Assembly: GCA_965219345.1 (NCBI GenBank)
Contig: OZ244732.1
Coordinates: 384,001-448,000 of the forward strand
Source: Nitrosopumilus sp.
GTDB lineage: Archaea; Thermoproteota; Nitrososphaeria; Nitrososphaerales; Nitrosopumilaceae
Reading direction: 5' to 3'
Length of the DNA stretch: 64,000 nucleotides
Of the stretch, positions 51,854-63,051 are shown piece by piece. The position numbers were made by a program, and so were the translations under genes. Position 1 is the stretch's first letter; each line of letters opens with the position of its first letter. The notes under the pieces are model-generated. The model was not told the origin of the DNA. It was given only the letters and a program-made list of their open reading frames with translations, and ran no database searches.

Positions 51854-53338
51854 CTAAGTTTTCAATTCCTTGATAATTTTAGAAATTAAAAGCCTTGTTT
51901 TTTTATCTATCATGTAAATTATTCCCACATAAACCACAGCACAAATAATCATTTGAAGAAGTAATCTTGGGAAGAAATCATATATGCTTATTTCATATTG
52001 AATAATAAAATCAGAAGTTAGAAAATAAACAATTACAAATGCCAATGTAGATAGACTATATTTGGAAATTTCAATAATAGGAAAAGAAAATTTGACTTGT
52101 TTTCGTACCTGAATCGACCAAAAGATTACAAATGGAATTTCTGTAATAATAGCAGTAATTCCCCACCACATAACAAATTCTTTTTCATTACTGAAAGCAA
52201 ATAGGATTAATCCACTAATTAGTATAACAAGATAAGAGACATTCTTAATCATTCGAATTGTAGAGATTGTAAAAAGATTACTTTTGATTAGATCTCCAAG
52301 TTTGAAATTTTCATTGGTGTCAACACTTTCAATTCCTTTAAGAGTTATTTGAAAAATGGAGTTTGGAATTGTCAGAAAGGCATGAATTGAAAAAACAACA
52401 ACTAAGAGATATCCATCTTGGTAAAGGGGATTTAAAGCAAAAAGTGCAGGTTTGGCGAAAATAACACTTGATGCAAATAGAGGAATTGCCATAAACATTG
52501 TTAAGGCAAAATTCTCTTTAATATAATCAGATTTGCCTCCACCTAAAAGTTTTGGATAAAGGCCCTGATTAATAAGATTGGAATTTCTAATAACTTTAGA
52601 AATAACTAAGGCAACATGATAATACGCCAATCCAATTACTGAATTAGTAAGTAAAAGAAATACTACAACATCTATTTTTCTAATGTATTGTGGAAGAATT
52701 TCATATCCTACTATCCAAGAATGTTTTAACCAATTTTTTAGAACATCGAAACTAAATTGATTTTTAAGTTTAGGTCTAGCAAAATATAATTGAACTGCTA
52801 TCATGATGAAATTTGCAAATAATACTGTTAGAATTACTCCTTGAACATTTAGATCTGCCAAAATAACAAAAACAAGTGCAATTGGAGTTTTGACTAATTC
52901 ATAAATTATATTTCCATAACTGGTGACTTGAGGTCTATGTGCAGAGTTGATTCCTTTGAGAGTCTTACTTAGATAAAAAGTAGGCAATAATAGTACTCCT
53001 AACATTAAGATGGATTTATCAACGCTACTAGTTTCAGAAATTAAAGATACATAGATAATGTAAACTGGAATAAGCCCTATTGAAAAAATCATACTGGAAC
53101 TAATTGAAGTTTTTCCAACTTCTTTTTTTCTTGCAATTTGTCTTATGGACCAGTACGAAACCAGGGCTTCTGAGATCAGAAAATATGATAAAATGCTACC
53201 AATTAATGTCCAGATTCCCAATTCTTCGGGAGCAAGTCGTCTTGTAATGATAATTACAAAAAACATACCAGTAAGAACACTTGCTAAACCTACACAAGCA
53301 GCAATAAAACCAGAATAAGTAACACGGATATTGCTCAT
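51854..53338 (-). CDS. Wzx/MATE-like oligosaccharide flippase
   Basis: Multi-pass membrane protein; IITRRLAPEELGIW start; glycan-cluster context. Confidence 0.75.
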   Translation of the reverse strand: MSNIRVTYSGFIAACVGLASVLTGMFFVIIITRRLAPEELGIWTLIGSILSYFLISEALVSYWSIRQIARKKEVGKTSISSSMIFSIGLIPVYIIYVSLISETSSVDKSILMLGVLLLPTFYLSKTLKGINSAHRPQVTSYGNIIYELVKTPIALVFVILADLNVQGVILTVLFANFIMIAVQLYFARPKLKNQFSFDVLKNWLKHSWIVGYEILPQYIRKIDVVVFLLLTNSVIGLAYYHVALVISKVIRNSNLINQGLYPKLLGGGKSDYIKENFALTMFMAIPLFASSVIFAKPALFALNPLYQDGYLLVVVFSIHAFLTIPNSIFQITLKGIESVDTNENFKLGDLIKSNLFTISTIRMIKNVSYLVILISGLILFAFSNEKEFVMWWGITAIITEIPFVIFWSIQVRKQVKFSFPIIEISKYSLSTLAFVIVYFLTSDFIIQYEISIYDFFPRLLLQMIICAVVYVGIIYMIDKKTRLLISKIIKELKT

Positions 53339-53417
53339 TTAGATTAATTTTATTTAATCCCTATAAAAATACCGTAAATCTACATGAGCTACGTGATTTA
53401 ACAGATAGTAAAAGGGA

Positions 53418-54767
53418 TCAGCCTCCAAATGATTTTAGAATAGTTTTTGAGTTTTTTTCAGAAATGATCTTACCTTGACAATCATAAATGAAAGATACAG
53501 ATGAGTTTTGATATATTTCATTTAATCTAAATTCAGTTTTAGAATGATGCTGAACAATACAAACACAGCCAAATTTATTGATTAAATTATCATCTAAAGA
53601 AGGAAGTATATCAAATACTTGATTTTTCATATGATTTTCAACAATATATTTTTCCATTAAATCAGATTTAAAATAAGGATCGTAAACTGAGCATTCAAAG
53701 TTTTTATTCAAAAATTTATCTAAAATTTTAAAGCTTGGTGAATCACGCATATCTTCAATATCAGGTTTATAGGCTAATCCACAGATTAAGATTTTTTTTT
53801 GAAGATGATGTTCCTCCAAGATTTGGCTTATTGTCTGAACTATATATTCAGGAATAAATGCATTGATCTTTAATGCATTTTTAATAGTATTAAATTCTGA
53901 ACCAAATTTTTTTGAAGATTCTAAAAGAAATCTTGGATCTTTAGGGATACAGTGACCCCCTGCACCAGCTCCAGTATAAAATGGCATGAAACCAAAGGGT
54001 TTTGTTGCAGCAGCATCCATAACTTCAGAAACGCTAATTCCTAGATGGTCACATAATATTGCCAATTCATTCACAAGGGAGATATTCACAAGCCTAAATG
54101 TATTTTCAAAAGACTTTACAGTTTCTGCAATTTTTGATGCAGTTACACGAATAAGGTTTGAATTATTTACATAATGATAAATTTGTTTGGAAATTTTGAA
54201 AGTTAAATCATCTGAGCTGTAAACAATTCTAGGTATATTTTCTAAATTCCATTTTTTGTTTTGTGGGTCTATACGTTCAGGACAAAATGACAATCCAAAA
54301 TCAACTCCTACCTTAAACCCCTTTTCCTCAATAATTTTTTTAACATTATCGGTAGTTCCAATTTCAACACTGCTTTCAATAATTATGACATCGCCTTTTT
54401 TTGCTGTTTTAAGAAATTCGTTTACTGCGGAATTAACATATACATCAGATTTCACATCGTCAGATGGAATCGGGGTAGACACACAAATCATTCCAATTTT
54501 AGGAGAATTTGAAATTTCAGAACTTGGGGAAAATGACAAATGATTATTATTTTTACATAGGAGGAAAGATTGTTGTAAATTAATTTCAGATTCATAAAGT
54601 TCATTATTTTTTAGGCAATTAATTCTAGTTTCATCAATATCAATTCCATGTACAAAAAAATCACTAGATGCCAATCTTACTGATAATGGGAATCCAACAT
54701 ACCCAAGTCCAAAAATTTCAATATTGACTTTTTTGGAAGACATTTGTTCTAAAGTTCTTTCAATCAT
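53418..54767 (-). CDS. UDP-HexNAc 6-dehydrogenase (WbpA/WecC-like)
   Basis: GLGYVGFPL, PERIDP, ENTFRLVNISLVNEL, GGHCIPKDP, GLAYKPDIEDMRDSP. Confidence 0.9.
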   Translation of the reverse strand: MIERTLEQMSSKKVNIEIFGLGYVGFPLSVRLASSDFFVHGIDIDETRINCLKNNELYESEINLQQSFLLCKNNNHLSFSPSSEISNSPKIGMICVSTPIPSDDVKSDVYVNSAVNEFLKTAKKGDVIIIESSVEIGTTDNVKKIIEEKGFKVGVDFGLSFCPERIDPQNKKWNLENIPRIVYSSDDLTFKISKQIYHYVNNSNLIRVTASKIAETVKSFENTFRLVNISLVNELAILCDHLGISVSEVMDAAATKPFGFMPFYTGAGAGGHCIPKDPRFLLESSKKFGSEFNTIKNALKINAFIPEYIVQTISQILEEHHLQKKILICGLAYKPDIEDMRDSPSFKILDKFLNKNFECSVYDPYFKSDLMEKYIVENHMKNQVFDILPSLDDNLINKFGCVCIVQHHSKTEFRLNEIYQNSSVSFIYDCQGKIISEKNSKTILKSFGG

Positions 54768-54845
54768 TTTTTCAGCTTATGTTCAAAATTTAGATTTGCG
54801 GTATATTAGATATGCGGATGATGGATTTACTGGAAACTAATCAAA

Positions 54846-55712
54846 CTACCTGGATCTAAGTGTCTGGAAAAATCGTTTCACATAATTTACGCTAAATTTA
54901 TTTTTTGATTGAGTTTTACGGACAAATTCACGTAATTCTTTTTCATATAGTTGGTCATAATTTGATACATATCCTTTAAGCATAAAAAATGCAGATTTAG
55001 GTCTTTTTCTTGCAAAAAGCAATATTTTGATCACAGTATACGAAAATGTATATCCTAAAGCCTTTAGAGCTAAACCATAGTAATAATATTTTTTTGGATC
55101 AAACTTTGTTCCAGATTTTCTTTGTGTATCTATAAGAAGATCAGAATAGCTATTGGTGACATAACCAAAACTGTTTGCTTTAAGCACCAAATATCCTTCC
55201 CATCCATAATTTACCGGGTACAACATTCCAATTTTTTTCCAAAAATTCCAATCTACAATTCTACCCCCCCCCCTAGGTTCAATTGAAAATTCATTTTTAA
55301 TCACACCGGATGAAATGACACTAGAATCCTTTTGCATTCTTTGTACAATTTTTAAAGCATAATCAGCTGGAAAAATAAGATCACCGCCAGTTAACCATAC
55401 AAATTCGCATTTATTATCAGTATGAAGTTTTAACAGGCCCTGATTGACAGTTTTTGCCAATTCTTTTCTAGCTAAATGACTTTCTTCCCTAACAGGATTA
55501 TCAATTAATTCTATATTTGGAAAGGTTGATAAGATTTCTCCAGTGTTGTCAGTTGAGCCATCATTGATTACAATTATTCGATATGGCCGTAATTTTTGAT
55601 TAATAATAGAATCTAATGTTTTTTTAATTACTTTTTCTTCATTTCTAGCATTTAATACCACGGCAATTTTGGAATTGAATATATTTTTCATTTCAAGTGG
55701 ACTAGAAAACAT
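54846..55712 (-). CDS. Glycosyltransferase family 2
   Basis: ARNEE…NDGSTDNT…YPVNYGWE. Confidence 0.85.
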   Translation of the reverse strand: MFSSPLEMKNIFNSKIAVVLNARNEEKVIKKTLDSIINQKLRPYRIIVINDGSTDNTGEILSTFPNIELIDNPVREESHLARKELAKTVNQGLLKLHTDNKCEFVWLTGGDLIFPADYALKIVQRMQKDSSVISSGVIKNEFSIEPRGGGRIVDWNFWKKIGMLYPVNYGWEGYLVLKANSFGYVTNSYSDLLIDTQRKSGTKFDPKKYYYYGLALKALGYTFSYTVIKILLFARKRPKSAFFMLKGYVSNYDQLYEKELREFVRKTQSKNKFSVNYVKRFFQTLRSR

Positions 55713-55792
55713 TCCATGATAATCTTTTCCAATGTTTGAAAATAGGTAAAACTATACACGTTATTTTAAAGAATACTCATACAACTCTTAAC

Positions 55793-56984
55793 TGTGGGAT
55801 CCTGAAAGTAGTATACCCCCTATCTGACATCGTATTCCTCTCCCGTTTGTTCGTCAATAACTGTTTGTCCTGGGGATGGCATCTTTCTGGTGAATGCCCG
55901 CGCCGGTGTCTCTAGGTTGTCCAGATCAAGTGACATGTGTGGCCGGTCGTGGTTGAACCATTCCACAAACCGCTCCACGGGATCCGTCTTTGGTTTCGTG
56001 TTGAACGGTCCGCCCACACGGTCCGTCTCGGATCCTGCTGAACGCACCGTTCTGTAGGCCGACTCCTCCTCGAAGAGGTGCAGTTTGCGCTGGAGTTCAC
56101 CGTGAACCCTCTCGAGCTTGCCGTTTGTCTGCGGGTGTCTTACACGCGCCAGGATCTGCCTGATGCCCAGCGACACCAGCTCCCGCTCAAATTCGGAGGC
56201 GCCTTTCTTCTTGTACTGCCCCTCGTTGGCGTAGAACTGGCTGCCGCGGTCAGTCAGAATGGACGCGGGTTTGCCGTGCGCCTCCATTGCTGCCCTGAGA
56301 ACCTCGATTGCGTGCCTGGAGGTGGCCTGATCAAAGACGCCGTATCCGACAATAAACCTGGAGGCGTCATCCAGATAGGCGATAAACCACCTTCCGTCAT
56401 CCAGCTGCTTGTAGTCTGTGTGCCACATCGAGTTGGAGTAGGTGCGCTCAAAGCGGATCCACTTGCGCCTCTTGCTCTTCTTGGGCTGCCTTGCCGACAG
56501 GTTGTTGTCCCTCATTATGCCGTGTACGGCATTGTGAGGGATATGTATTCCCTCTTCCTCCTCGATCAGTCGCTCCGTGCGGACGGCCCCCTGGCGGTGC
56601 CTGCAGTGTGCAGAGAGGACCGCAGTGTTCCCTGCGACCCGGAAGACCATTCTCGGGCCTGCCCATGCTAGCCGGGTAGACTATCCTGTCAGGTTCCACA
56701 CCCTTGTACCTGGCCCACAGTTTCTTTACCCAGATCTCGGAGATGCCCATGGTATCTGCAATCTGTCTGTTGGTCGTTTTGCCGGCCTTCTTCTGCAGGA
56801 TTATCCACTTTACCTTTGACTCGTCAAGTTTTCTCATGACCCTGATGCGGCGCCTTCCGATATGTCTCCACCTCTGTGTGCGCTTTAGGAACCCACGCAC
56901 CATCATCTCAATTCTGCGTCTTGCTTCAGTCAGTATGCGTCCCTCCTATTTTGAGGGGGTATACTACTTTCTGGACTATACACA
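55793..56984 (-). mobile_element. IS481-family element, transposase frameshifted near 56625, 13-bp TSD
   Basis: TGT…ACA ends sharing GAAAGTAGTATACCCCC; WHTDYK, DDASR, TDRGSQF, PQTNGKLER; TACAACTCTTAAC at 55780..55792 and 56985..56997. Confidence 0.9.
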
Positions 56985-57155
56985 TACAACTCTTAACCAA
57001 GAATCAATTAAGGCTAATTCTCAGGATTGGTGATTTTTTGCATGTTTAATGGATTATTACCCGTTCTTACTACAATTTCAGGAGAAACAGAGAGAGAGCC
57101 TGGGGGGTTTTTGTACAGCCAATATGGAATTAGATTTTACTAAAAAGGCACAAAC

Positions 57156-59309
57156 TTATTCATTTTTTTCAGATATTAATGGAATATAATCGTCATTTAT
57201 TTCATAAACAAAAACCCCAATTACTGGTCCAACTTTTTGTTCTGTAAAGGATGGTGATGCATGAACTAACTGTAATGGACCATCACCGTCAACGGGATAT
57301 TTTATATCATCTGTGTATACTGGCAGAAATCCTCGTGCGTATGTTGCCGATTGCTGATTATTATTGGGATTTACATAAAATTCCAAAGAAAATGGGAACA
57401 TTTTTCCCAACAGTGTTTCATTCCAGAAATAGTCGGTTCCGCTAACCCCGTCAGAAAACAGATATTTGGAAAGATCTTCGCCGGCAATTCTCATAAACCA
57501 CTGTTTCTTTGAGTCGTCACCGCCTCCATTTAGCACATAAAGCGTTCTTTCATCTTGAGTGTTTAATTTCTGGGCAGCCAAAAAGACTAGAACGTAATCA
57601 CTATCCATTTTCTGAAGCATTTCCCAAGCATCATCAGGTGAGCTGAGGAAGATCTGAGCTATCTTTTGAATTCGTTTTTTATCCATTGTTGCATTATCTG
57701 CAAGTGTCGTTCTTTCTGACATTGTAGTTATCCAGTATCCATAATCCCACCATGCGGCAATCACAGAATCTGGAGGAGTGTTTAGTTTTATCCATTCCAG
57801 GGTTTCCAACCAATCATTTGTTACAGCGGCATATTTGGCTCCACCATTCAAAATTGTTGCGGGATAATCTAGACTCGAAACCCAATTTACATTGGCAGGT
57901 ATTTGTAAAGGCAATACAATCAGAATTAAAATAACTCCAACAAAGGAAGCTTTAATGATATTGTCTCGAACAGACGGGATTGGTTTTTTGTAATGTATGA
58001 CCTCTCTTGTTATAACTGACAAGCCTATAGAAGACAGAAGTATTAATGAAATCGAGGCAAAAACCTCCAATCTTACAAATGTAGAGCTAACATACACTCC
58101 CATCATCCCCAAAATTAATGAGAAGGCCAACATGTCTTTTGGTAAATAATCCAATGACTTGGATTTTATTTTACTAAAAATTATCCAAATACCCAAACCT
58201 GCAAAAATCATTAAAACCGAATGAAATAGAAATGATTGCTCAGTGGTTGTAGTTGCATGTTCCGATACAGAGTCTACCAGGGGATCGACTGTAGTTAGAA
58301 ACGGGTTTAAGGCATTTGAATAACGAAAGCTTGGCGACTTTAAGAGATTGGATTCCAGACCAATGACTATCAAGAACGATCCCAAAATAATTACAGCCAA
58401 TAAGAGAATCAGACAATTTCTAATTTTATTTTCAGGTTTACTGACTTTTTGAATTAAAGCACAGGCTGCCAAAAAAACAGTGGGACCAATCAGTGCAATC
58501 CCACCCAAGCCAAACACAAAGGAAGGTCCAGGCCTCTCAAACATCATTGTAGTTAATAAAAATGAAAATACAAAAACAGGAATGCACCAAATTAAAAATC
58601 CAAGGTCTTTTCTAAGAAATGGAAGAACAAAAATAAAAATTCCTATAGGAATTACCAGGAATTGAATTCCTCCCCATGACGCTAAACCAAAACTTAAGAA
58701 AATTCCTCCTGCAGCGACTTTAATAACTGCAATTTTTTTGTTTTTAGATTTAATTCCACTCAGAAAGAAATACAGTCCCAATAGTCCATAAAACAATCCC
58801 ATTGGCTCAGATTTGAACCACCCCAGTGATCCTCTTATCATGATTGGAAGGGATACTGAATAAAACAGTGCTGCAAACAAGCCGGCAGTTGTTCCCCCAA
58901 AAATTCTAACTAGTGCAAATACAATTACAACTGTTAATGAACCAATTACTACAGGAAATAAAATTGTAAAGTCGTATAAAGAGGAATTCCCCCCAAAAAT
59001 TTGATAGGTTGCTGCAGCCGTCAGATGCAACATTGTTTGCGATTGTGCAGAAACATTTCTTCCATTTGGATACCAACTCATATCATCATGCCATTGATAA
59101 TATTCTGAAATACCGTTCTCTACAATAAACTCAGTTGCTCTAAAATTGAAAAATGGATCAAACTCATTTAATTCAAATCCATAATCAGCTCCTTGAGAGC
59201 GTATCATGAAAGTTATTGAAAATGACAGAATCAACACGCCAATTACCAACAGATGGTTTAACCTGAAATCAAAATTACCTATTTGGAATAATTGGGATTT
59301 GGCATTCAT
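57156..59309 (-). CDS. aglB: Oligosaccharyltransferase AglB (STT3)
   Basis: EFDPFF, SVSEH, WWDYGY, DNAT. Confidence 0.95.
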   Translation of the reverse strand: MNAKSQLFQIGNFDFRLNHLLVIGVLILSFSITFMIRSQGADYGFELNEFDPFFNFRATEFIVENGISEYYQWHDDMSWYPNGRNVSAQSQTMLHLTAAATYQIFGGNSSLYDFTILFPVVIGSLTVVIVFALVRIFGGTTAGLFAALFYSVSLPIMIRGSLGWFKSEPMGLFYGLLGLYFFLSGIKSKNKKIAVIKVAAGGIFLSFGLASWGGIQFLVIPIGIFIFVLPFLRKDLGFLIWCIPVFVFSFLLTTMMFERPGPSFVFGLGGIALIGPTVFLAACALIQKVSKPENKIRNCLILLLAVIILGSFLIVIGLESNLLKSPSFRYSNALNPFLTTVDPLVDSVSEHATTTTEQSFLFHSVLMIFAGLGIWIIFSKIKSKSLDYLPKDMLAFSLILGMMGVYVSSTFVRLEVFASISLILLSSIGLSVITREVIHYKKPIPSVRDNIIKASFVGVILILIVLPLQIPANVNWVSSLDYPATILNGGAKYAAVTNDWLETLEWIKLNTPPDSVIAAWWDYGYWITTMSERTTLADNATMDKKRIQKIAQIFLSSPDDAWEMLQKMDSDYVLVFLAAQKLNTQDERTLYVLNGGGDDSKKQWFMRIAGEDLSKYLFSDGVSGTDYFWNETLLGKMFPFSLEFYVNPNNNQQSATYARGFLPVYTDDIKYPVDGDGPLQLVHASPSFTEQKVGPVIGVFVYEINDDYIPLISEKNE

Positions 59310-59376
59310 CAGTTTGATGCTAATTTGAATGGTTATTACTCTTTTGAAAAAACAGTCTTAATTTTAAAACTAGATT

Positions 59377-61056
59377 TTACACTGTAGCTTGAGCTGCGTC
59401 ATGGAACATCTGACTTTTTGCACAGCCAGCAGCGAGTTCATCTCCTGCACCACGTCTCATAAGACCACGATAAAGGCCGTCTTCCAGTTTGACGCCTTCT
59501 CTTTCTTCCCATTCTTCTACAGTAATGGAGAATTTCTTTTGGATTCTGTCTCTATACCATTCAGGAATTACATTAAATGCACAGAATGGGACTATTCTAA
59601 GATCTGGAGTCACGTAGTGAATATCACATCTTTGTAGTCTTTCCAAGTCCTCGTTGTATTTGTCTTGAAAGTGCATCATGCCAAGGAATAATCCCTTGAC
59701 GTGCCATGAACCTACTGCATCAAATGATCTCTTCATGAGTATGTTGCCAAACATCTTTGCCAAGTCTAATCCTGCTGGCTGTTTCTTGGAATCAACAAAT
59801 CCTTTGAGTTTTCTTACAACTTCAAGCATTGTAAAGTACTTGTTCTTACCGGAACGAATCTCTTCCGCTTTATCCTCAAATAGTTCCAACATTCCTTGAA
59901 TATCACAGAATTTTGTCAATGGGACAAACTTCTTTGTATCCGCATCTTCAAAGACGTATGTTCCTGCACCACAGGCAAAGTGAATTGATAGTTCGTATTT
60001 TGGCTTGCTTGAGAATGCTTCAATTACATTTGTTAGTGGCATACAACTTGGAACTGGGAACCAATCGTCAACGGTTACCTCACCGTTTGTTTGCTCTTCA
60101 ATTCTTTGAACACAGTCAGGAACTGTAATTCTGTATTTTTCACGTTCAGTTTTGCCCATTCTTCCAGTAAGTGATACCGGTTGGAAGTTTACTGCATGAA
60201 CTACGTCCATGTTCTTTTGTGCATATCTGATAATTCCGCCTAATTCGTGGTCATTGATTGATTTGATTACTGTTGGAACAAATACTACAGAAGTACCTGT
60301 CTTTCTGCAACTGTCAAGCGCATATGGTATCTCCCAGTGGTTCTTTGGGTTTGTCCTTGCAGTTACGCCGTCAAAGGAAAGATACAGGTTGTTACATCCA
60401 GCAAGTCTTACTTCTCTTGCGGATTCTGGATCCATTGCATGTCGGATACCGTTGGTATTCATTTGGATATGATCAACACCTTCCTCTTTCATTATTTTAA
60501 TAACATCAGCAATATCTTCCCTAAGCATTGGTTCACCACCAGTAATTTGCATAGAGTTTCCTGGAATTGGTCTTTCAGCTCTTAGAGTTTTCATCATTGC
60601 TCTGATTTGAGTATGATCTGGCTCATACATGTAAGCGCCTTCAAGACCTTTCTTTACATAAAAGAAGCAATACCAACATGTTAAATCACATCTGTTAGTT
60701 ACAATCATGTTTGCAAGTCCGCTGTGAGATAAGTGGTTTGAACATAATCCACAATTGTTTGGACAGGAACATCTGTCAATCATTACGTTTGGGGAATGAG
60801 CACCTTTTCCATCTACCCAATATGTACTGAATTTCTTGTACATTTCATAAGAACCAAAGTATAATTCCTCACATTCGCCGTGAGTTGGACAGACTTTAGT
60901 CATGAAGACTTTACTGTCTCTCTCAAAAACCTCTGCATCCAGAATCATATTACAATCCGGACAGATACTTTGTGTGAATCTGATAGTAGATTTTTTGCCT
61001 AAATTTTTAGTCGATTGATTAGATATCTGAATTAGGGCCATGCCTACATCAGGCAT
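59377..61056 (-). CDS. tes: Tetraether lipid synthase (radical SAM, MJ0619 family)
   Basis: N-terminal CPDC…CPTHG, CPNNCGLC, CDLTCWYC, HFACG, RCDIHY…PFC. Confidence 0.88.
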   Translation of the reverse strand: MPDVGMALIQISNQSTKNLGKKSTIRFTQSICPDCNMILDAEVFERDSKVFMTKVCPTHGECEELYFGSYEMYKKFSTYWVDGKGAHSPNVMIDRCSCPNNCGLCSNHLSHSGLANMIVTNRCDLTCWYCFFYVKKGLEGAYMYEPDHTQIRAMMKTLRAERPIPGNSMQITGGEPMLREDIADVIKIMKEEGVDHIQMNTNGIRHAMDPESAREVRLAGCNNLYLSFDGVTARTNPKNHWEIPYALDSCRKTGTSVVFVPTVIKSINDHELGGIIRYAQKNMDVVHAVNFQPVSLTGRMGKTEREKYRITVPDCVQRIEEQTNGEVTVDDWFPVPSCMPLTNVIEAFSSKPKYELSIHFACGAGTYVFEDADTKKFVPLTKFCDIQGMLELFEDKAEEIRSGKNKYFTMLEVVRKLKGFVDSKKQPAGLDLAKMFGNILMKRSFDAVGSWHVKGLFLGMMHFQDKYNEDLERLQRCDIHYVTPDLRIVPFCAFNVIPEWYRDRIQKKFSITVEEWEEREGVKLEDGLYRGLMRRGAGDELAAGCAKSQMFHDAAQATV

Positions 61057-61157
61057 TTTTCCGAATTAGTATTTAACGCATTTCATACTTGCCCCCGTGT
61101 GGAATTTAGGAGGCAGGCATATGTGGTTTAAATACGAAAGCTGATCGACTAGATCGC

Positions 61158-61925
61158 ATGAGCATATCTGATAAAACAAAAAAGGCCTTGGAAAAAATTG
61201 GCCTTACAAGTTATGAGATTAGAACATTCTCTGCCCTGCTCAAAGCAGGGGAACAAACGGCATCAGATCTTAGTCAAAAGTCAGGTGTGCCATATTCAAA
61301 AATTTACGAAGTATTAGGAACTCTGGAAGAAAAAAGTTGGATAGGTTCGGATGATTCAAGACCAACAAAATATTTTGCAAAATCACCATCAACAGGACTA
61401 GAAACTACAAAACAAAAAATAGAAAATGAATTTTTACAGAATCAAAGTGTAATTCTGAATGAATTAGTTCCATTGTATGAGAAAAGTGGAACAAGCGAAA
61501 AACCAGACATTTGGGTACTTTCAGGTTCAACTAACATTGCCGCCAAAATTTTAGAGATGGTAGAACCTTGTAGAAATGAAATAATGATTGCATTGCCTGA
61601 AGCTGGAGAAGAGCTAGTCAGACAAGCATTACCAAAATTAAGATCACTTCATGATAAAGGAGTGGACATAACAATACTTACTTCAGATAAAATGGATAAA
61701 GAATCTATCCGTGCAATCAAAAGGGTTGCAACCGTAAAAATCAAGAAAGGTTTGTTTGGAGGGGGCATAATATCTGACAAAAAATATGTTGTAATTTTGT
61801 TAGGTCCAGAAATAGCGGGTGAAAGCTCTTCAGATATTATTGCAATTTGGGCAGATCATGCAGGATTAGCTGGATTTGCACGTCAATACTTTGAATATTT
61901 ATTAAAAGATTCAAAGAAGGTATGA
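61158..61925 (+). CDS. TrmB-family transcriptional regulator
   Basis: GLTSYE…SGVPYSKIYEVLGTLEEK. Confidence 0.9.
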   Translation: MSISDKTKKALEKIGLTSYEIRTFSALLKAGEQTASDLSQKSGVPYSKIYEVLGTLEEKSWIGSDDSRPTKYFAKSPSTGLETTKQKIENEFLQNQSVILNELVPLYEKSGTSEKPDIWVLSGSTNIAAKILEMVEPCRNEIMIALPEAGEELVRQALPKLRSLHDKGVDITILTSDKMDKESIRAIKRVATVKIKKGLFGGGIISDKKYVVILLGPEIAGESSSDIIAIWADHAGLAGFARQYFEYLLKDSKKV

Positions 61926-61926
61926 T

Positions 61927-62376
61927 ATGGATACAATAGATGATGAAACTCTATTTGTAGGAACTGCAGAAGCAGAGCATATAGAGATGTATCTAAAGGC
62001 TATTTGGCATCTTAAAGAAAGAGGAGAAGATGTCAAAATTAGTTCTATTGCAAGAATGCTCAATGTCAGACAGCCAAGCGTAGTTCAAATGCTCAAGAAA
62101 TTAAATACCAAAAATTTGGTTAACTACAACAAGGCAGGGGTAAAACTCACAGAAGATGGTCAAACAATTGGTGCTAGTATGATGAGAAATAGCAGATTGT
62201 TAGAAGTTCTCATGGAAAGTGCACTAAAAGTGGAAATTGATGAGGAAATGGTATGCGGTATCGAACATCATATGAACAAGCAATTTACAGATGCTCTTTG
62301 TACAATGCTAAAGCATCCAAGAAAATGTCCACATAATCACGATATTCCAATAGGCGAATGTTGTAAATCAAATTAA
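61927..62376 (+). CDS. DtxR/MntR-family metal-dependent regulator
   Basis: EMYLKAIW…PSVVQMLKKL…RLLE…CGIEHH…CPHNHDIP. Confidence 0.9.
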   Translation: MDTIDDETLFVGTAEAEHIEMYLKAIWHLKERGEDVKISSIARMLNVRQPSVVQMLKKLNTKNLVNYNKAGVKLTEDGQTIGASMMRNSRLLEVLMESALKVEIDEEMVCGIEHHMNKQFTDALCTMLKHPRKCPHNHDIPIGECCKSN

Positions 62377-62425
62377 GTAAAATAACATCCTAAAAGATAT
62401 ATCATCTGAAAAATTACGTTTAAGC

Positions 62426-62590
62426 ATGGCATGTTTTTGTGGATGCGAAACATATGAAAAAAACGATGACGGGTTCAAGATAGCATGTGTAAAATGTGGA
62501 CACGGACCTCAAAATCATGATGAAGAGTTTAGAGATGCTGCAAGAAAGAATGAATCACAAAGCCAAAAACGTGATGTGGACTTTGGATAA
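62426..62590 (+). CDS. Small Cys/His-rich (Zn-binding) protein, not in ORF track
   Basis: MACFCGCETYEKNDDGFKIACVKCGHGPQNHDEE…DFG* (54 aa). Confidence 0.6.
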   Translation: MACFCGCETYEKNDDGFKIACVKCGHGPQNHDEEFRDAARKNESQSQKRDVDFG

Positions 62591-62595
62591 AAAAA

Positions 62596-63015
62596 CTATT
62601 CACCAATTATTTTAACTAAAACTCTTTTTGATCTTTTTCCATCAAATTCTCCATAGAAAATTTGTTCCCATGGACCAAAATCTAATTCACCATTAGTGAT
62701 GGCAACTACCACTTCACGCCCCATTACTTGTCGTTTTAGATGAGCATCTGCATTGTCCTCACCAGTTCTGTTGTGATCATACTGATCAATTGGTTCATGC
62801 GGTGCCAGGCCTTCTAACCATTTTTCATAATCCTTGTGCAAACCACTTTCATTGTCATTAATGAAAACACTAGCAGTAATGTGCATTGCATTTACAAGGC
62901 AAAGTCCTTCTTGGATTTTGCTTTTTGTAACTAGCTTTCTAATGTCAGAAGTAATATTGACAAATGCCCTTCGTGTTTTAACACGAAATGTAAGATAATC
63001 AGTCAGAGATTTCAT
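62596..63015 (-). CDS. yjbQ: YjbQ/UPF0047 family protein
   Basis: [33 protein letters not shown]. Confidence 0.9.
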   Translation of the reverse strand: MKSLTDYLTFRVKTRRAFVNITSDIRKLVTKSKIQEGLCLVNAMHITASVFINDNESGLHKDYEKWLEGLAPHEPIDQYDHNRTGEDNADAHLKRQVMGREVVVAITNGELDFGPWEQIFYGEFDGKRSKRVLVKIIGE

Positions 63016-63051
63016 ATTTGTTCAGAGTAAATCATCCATTAAAATCCTAAG

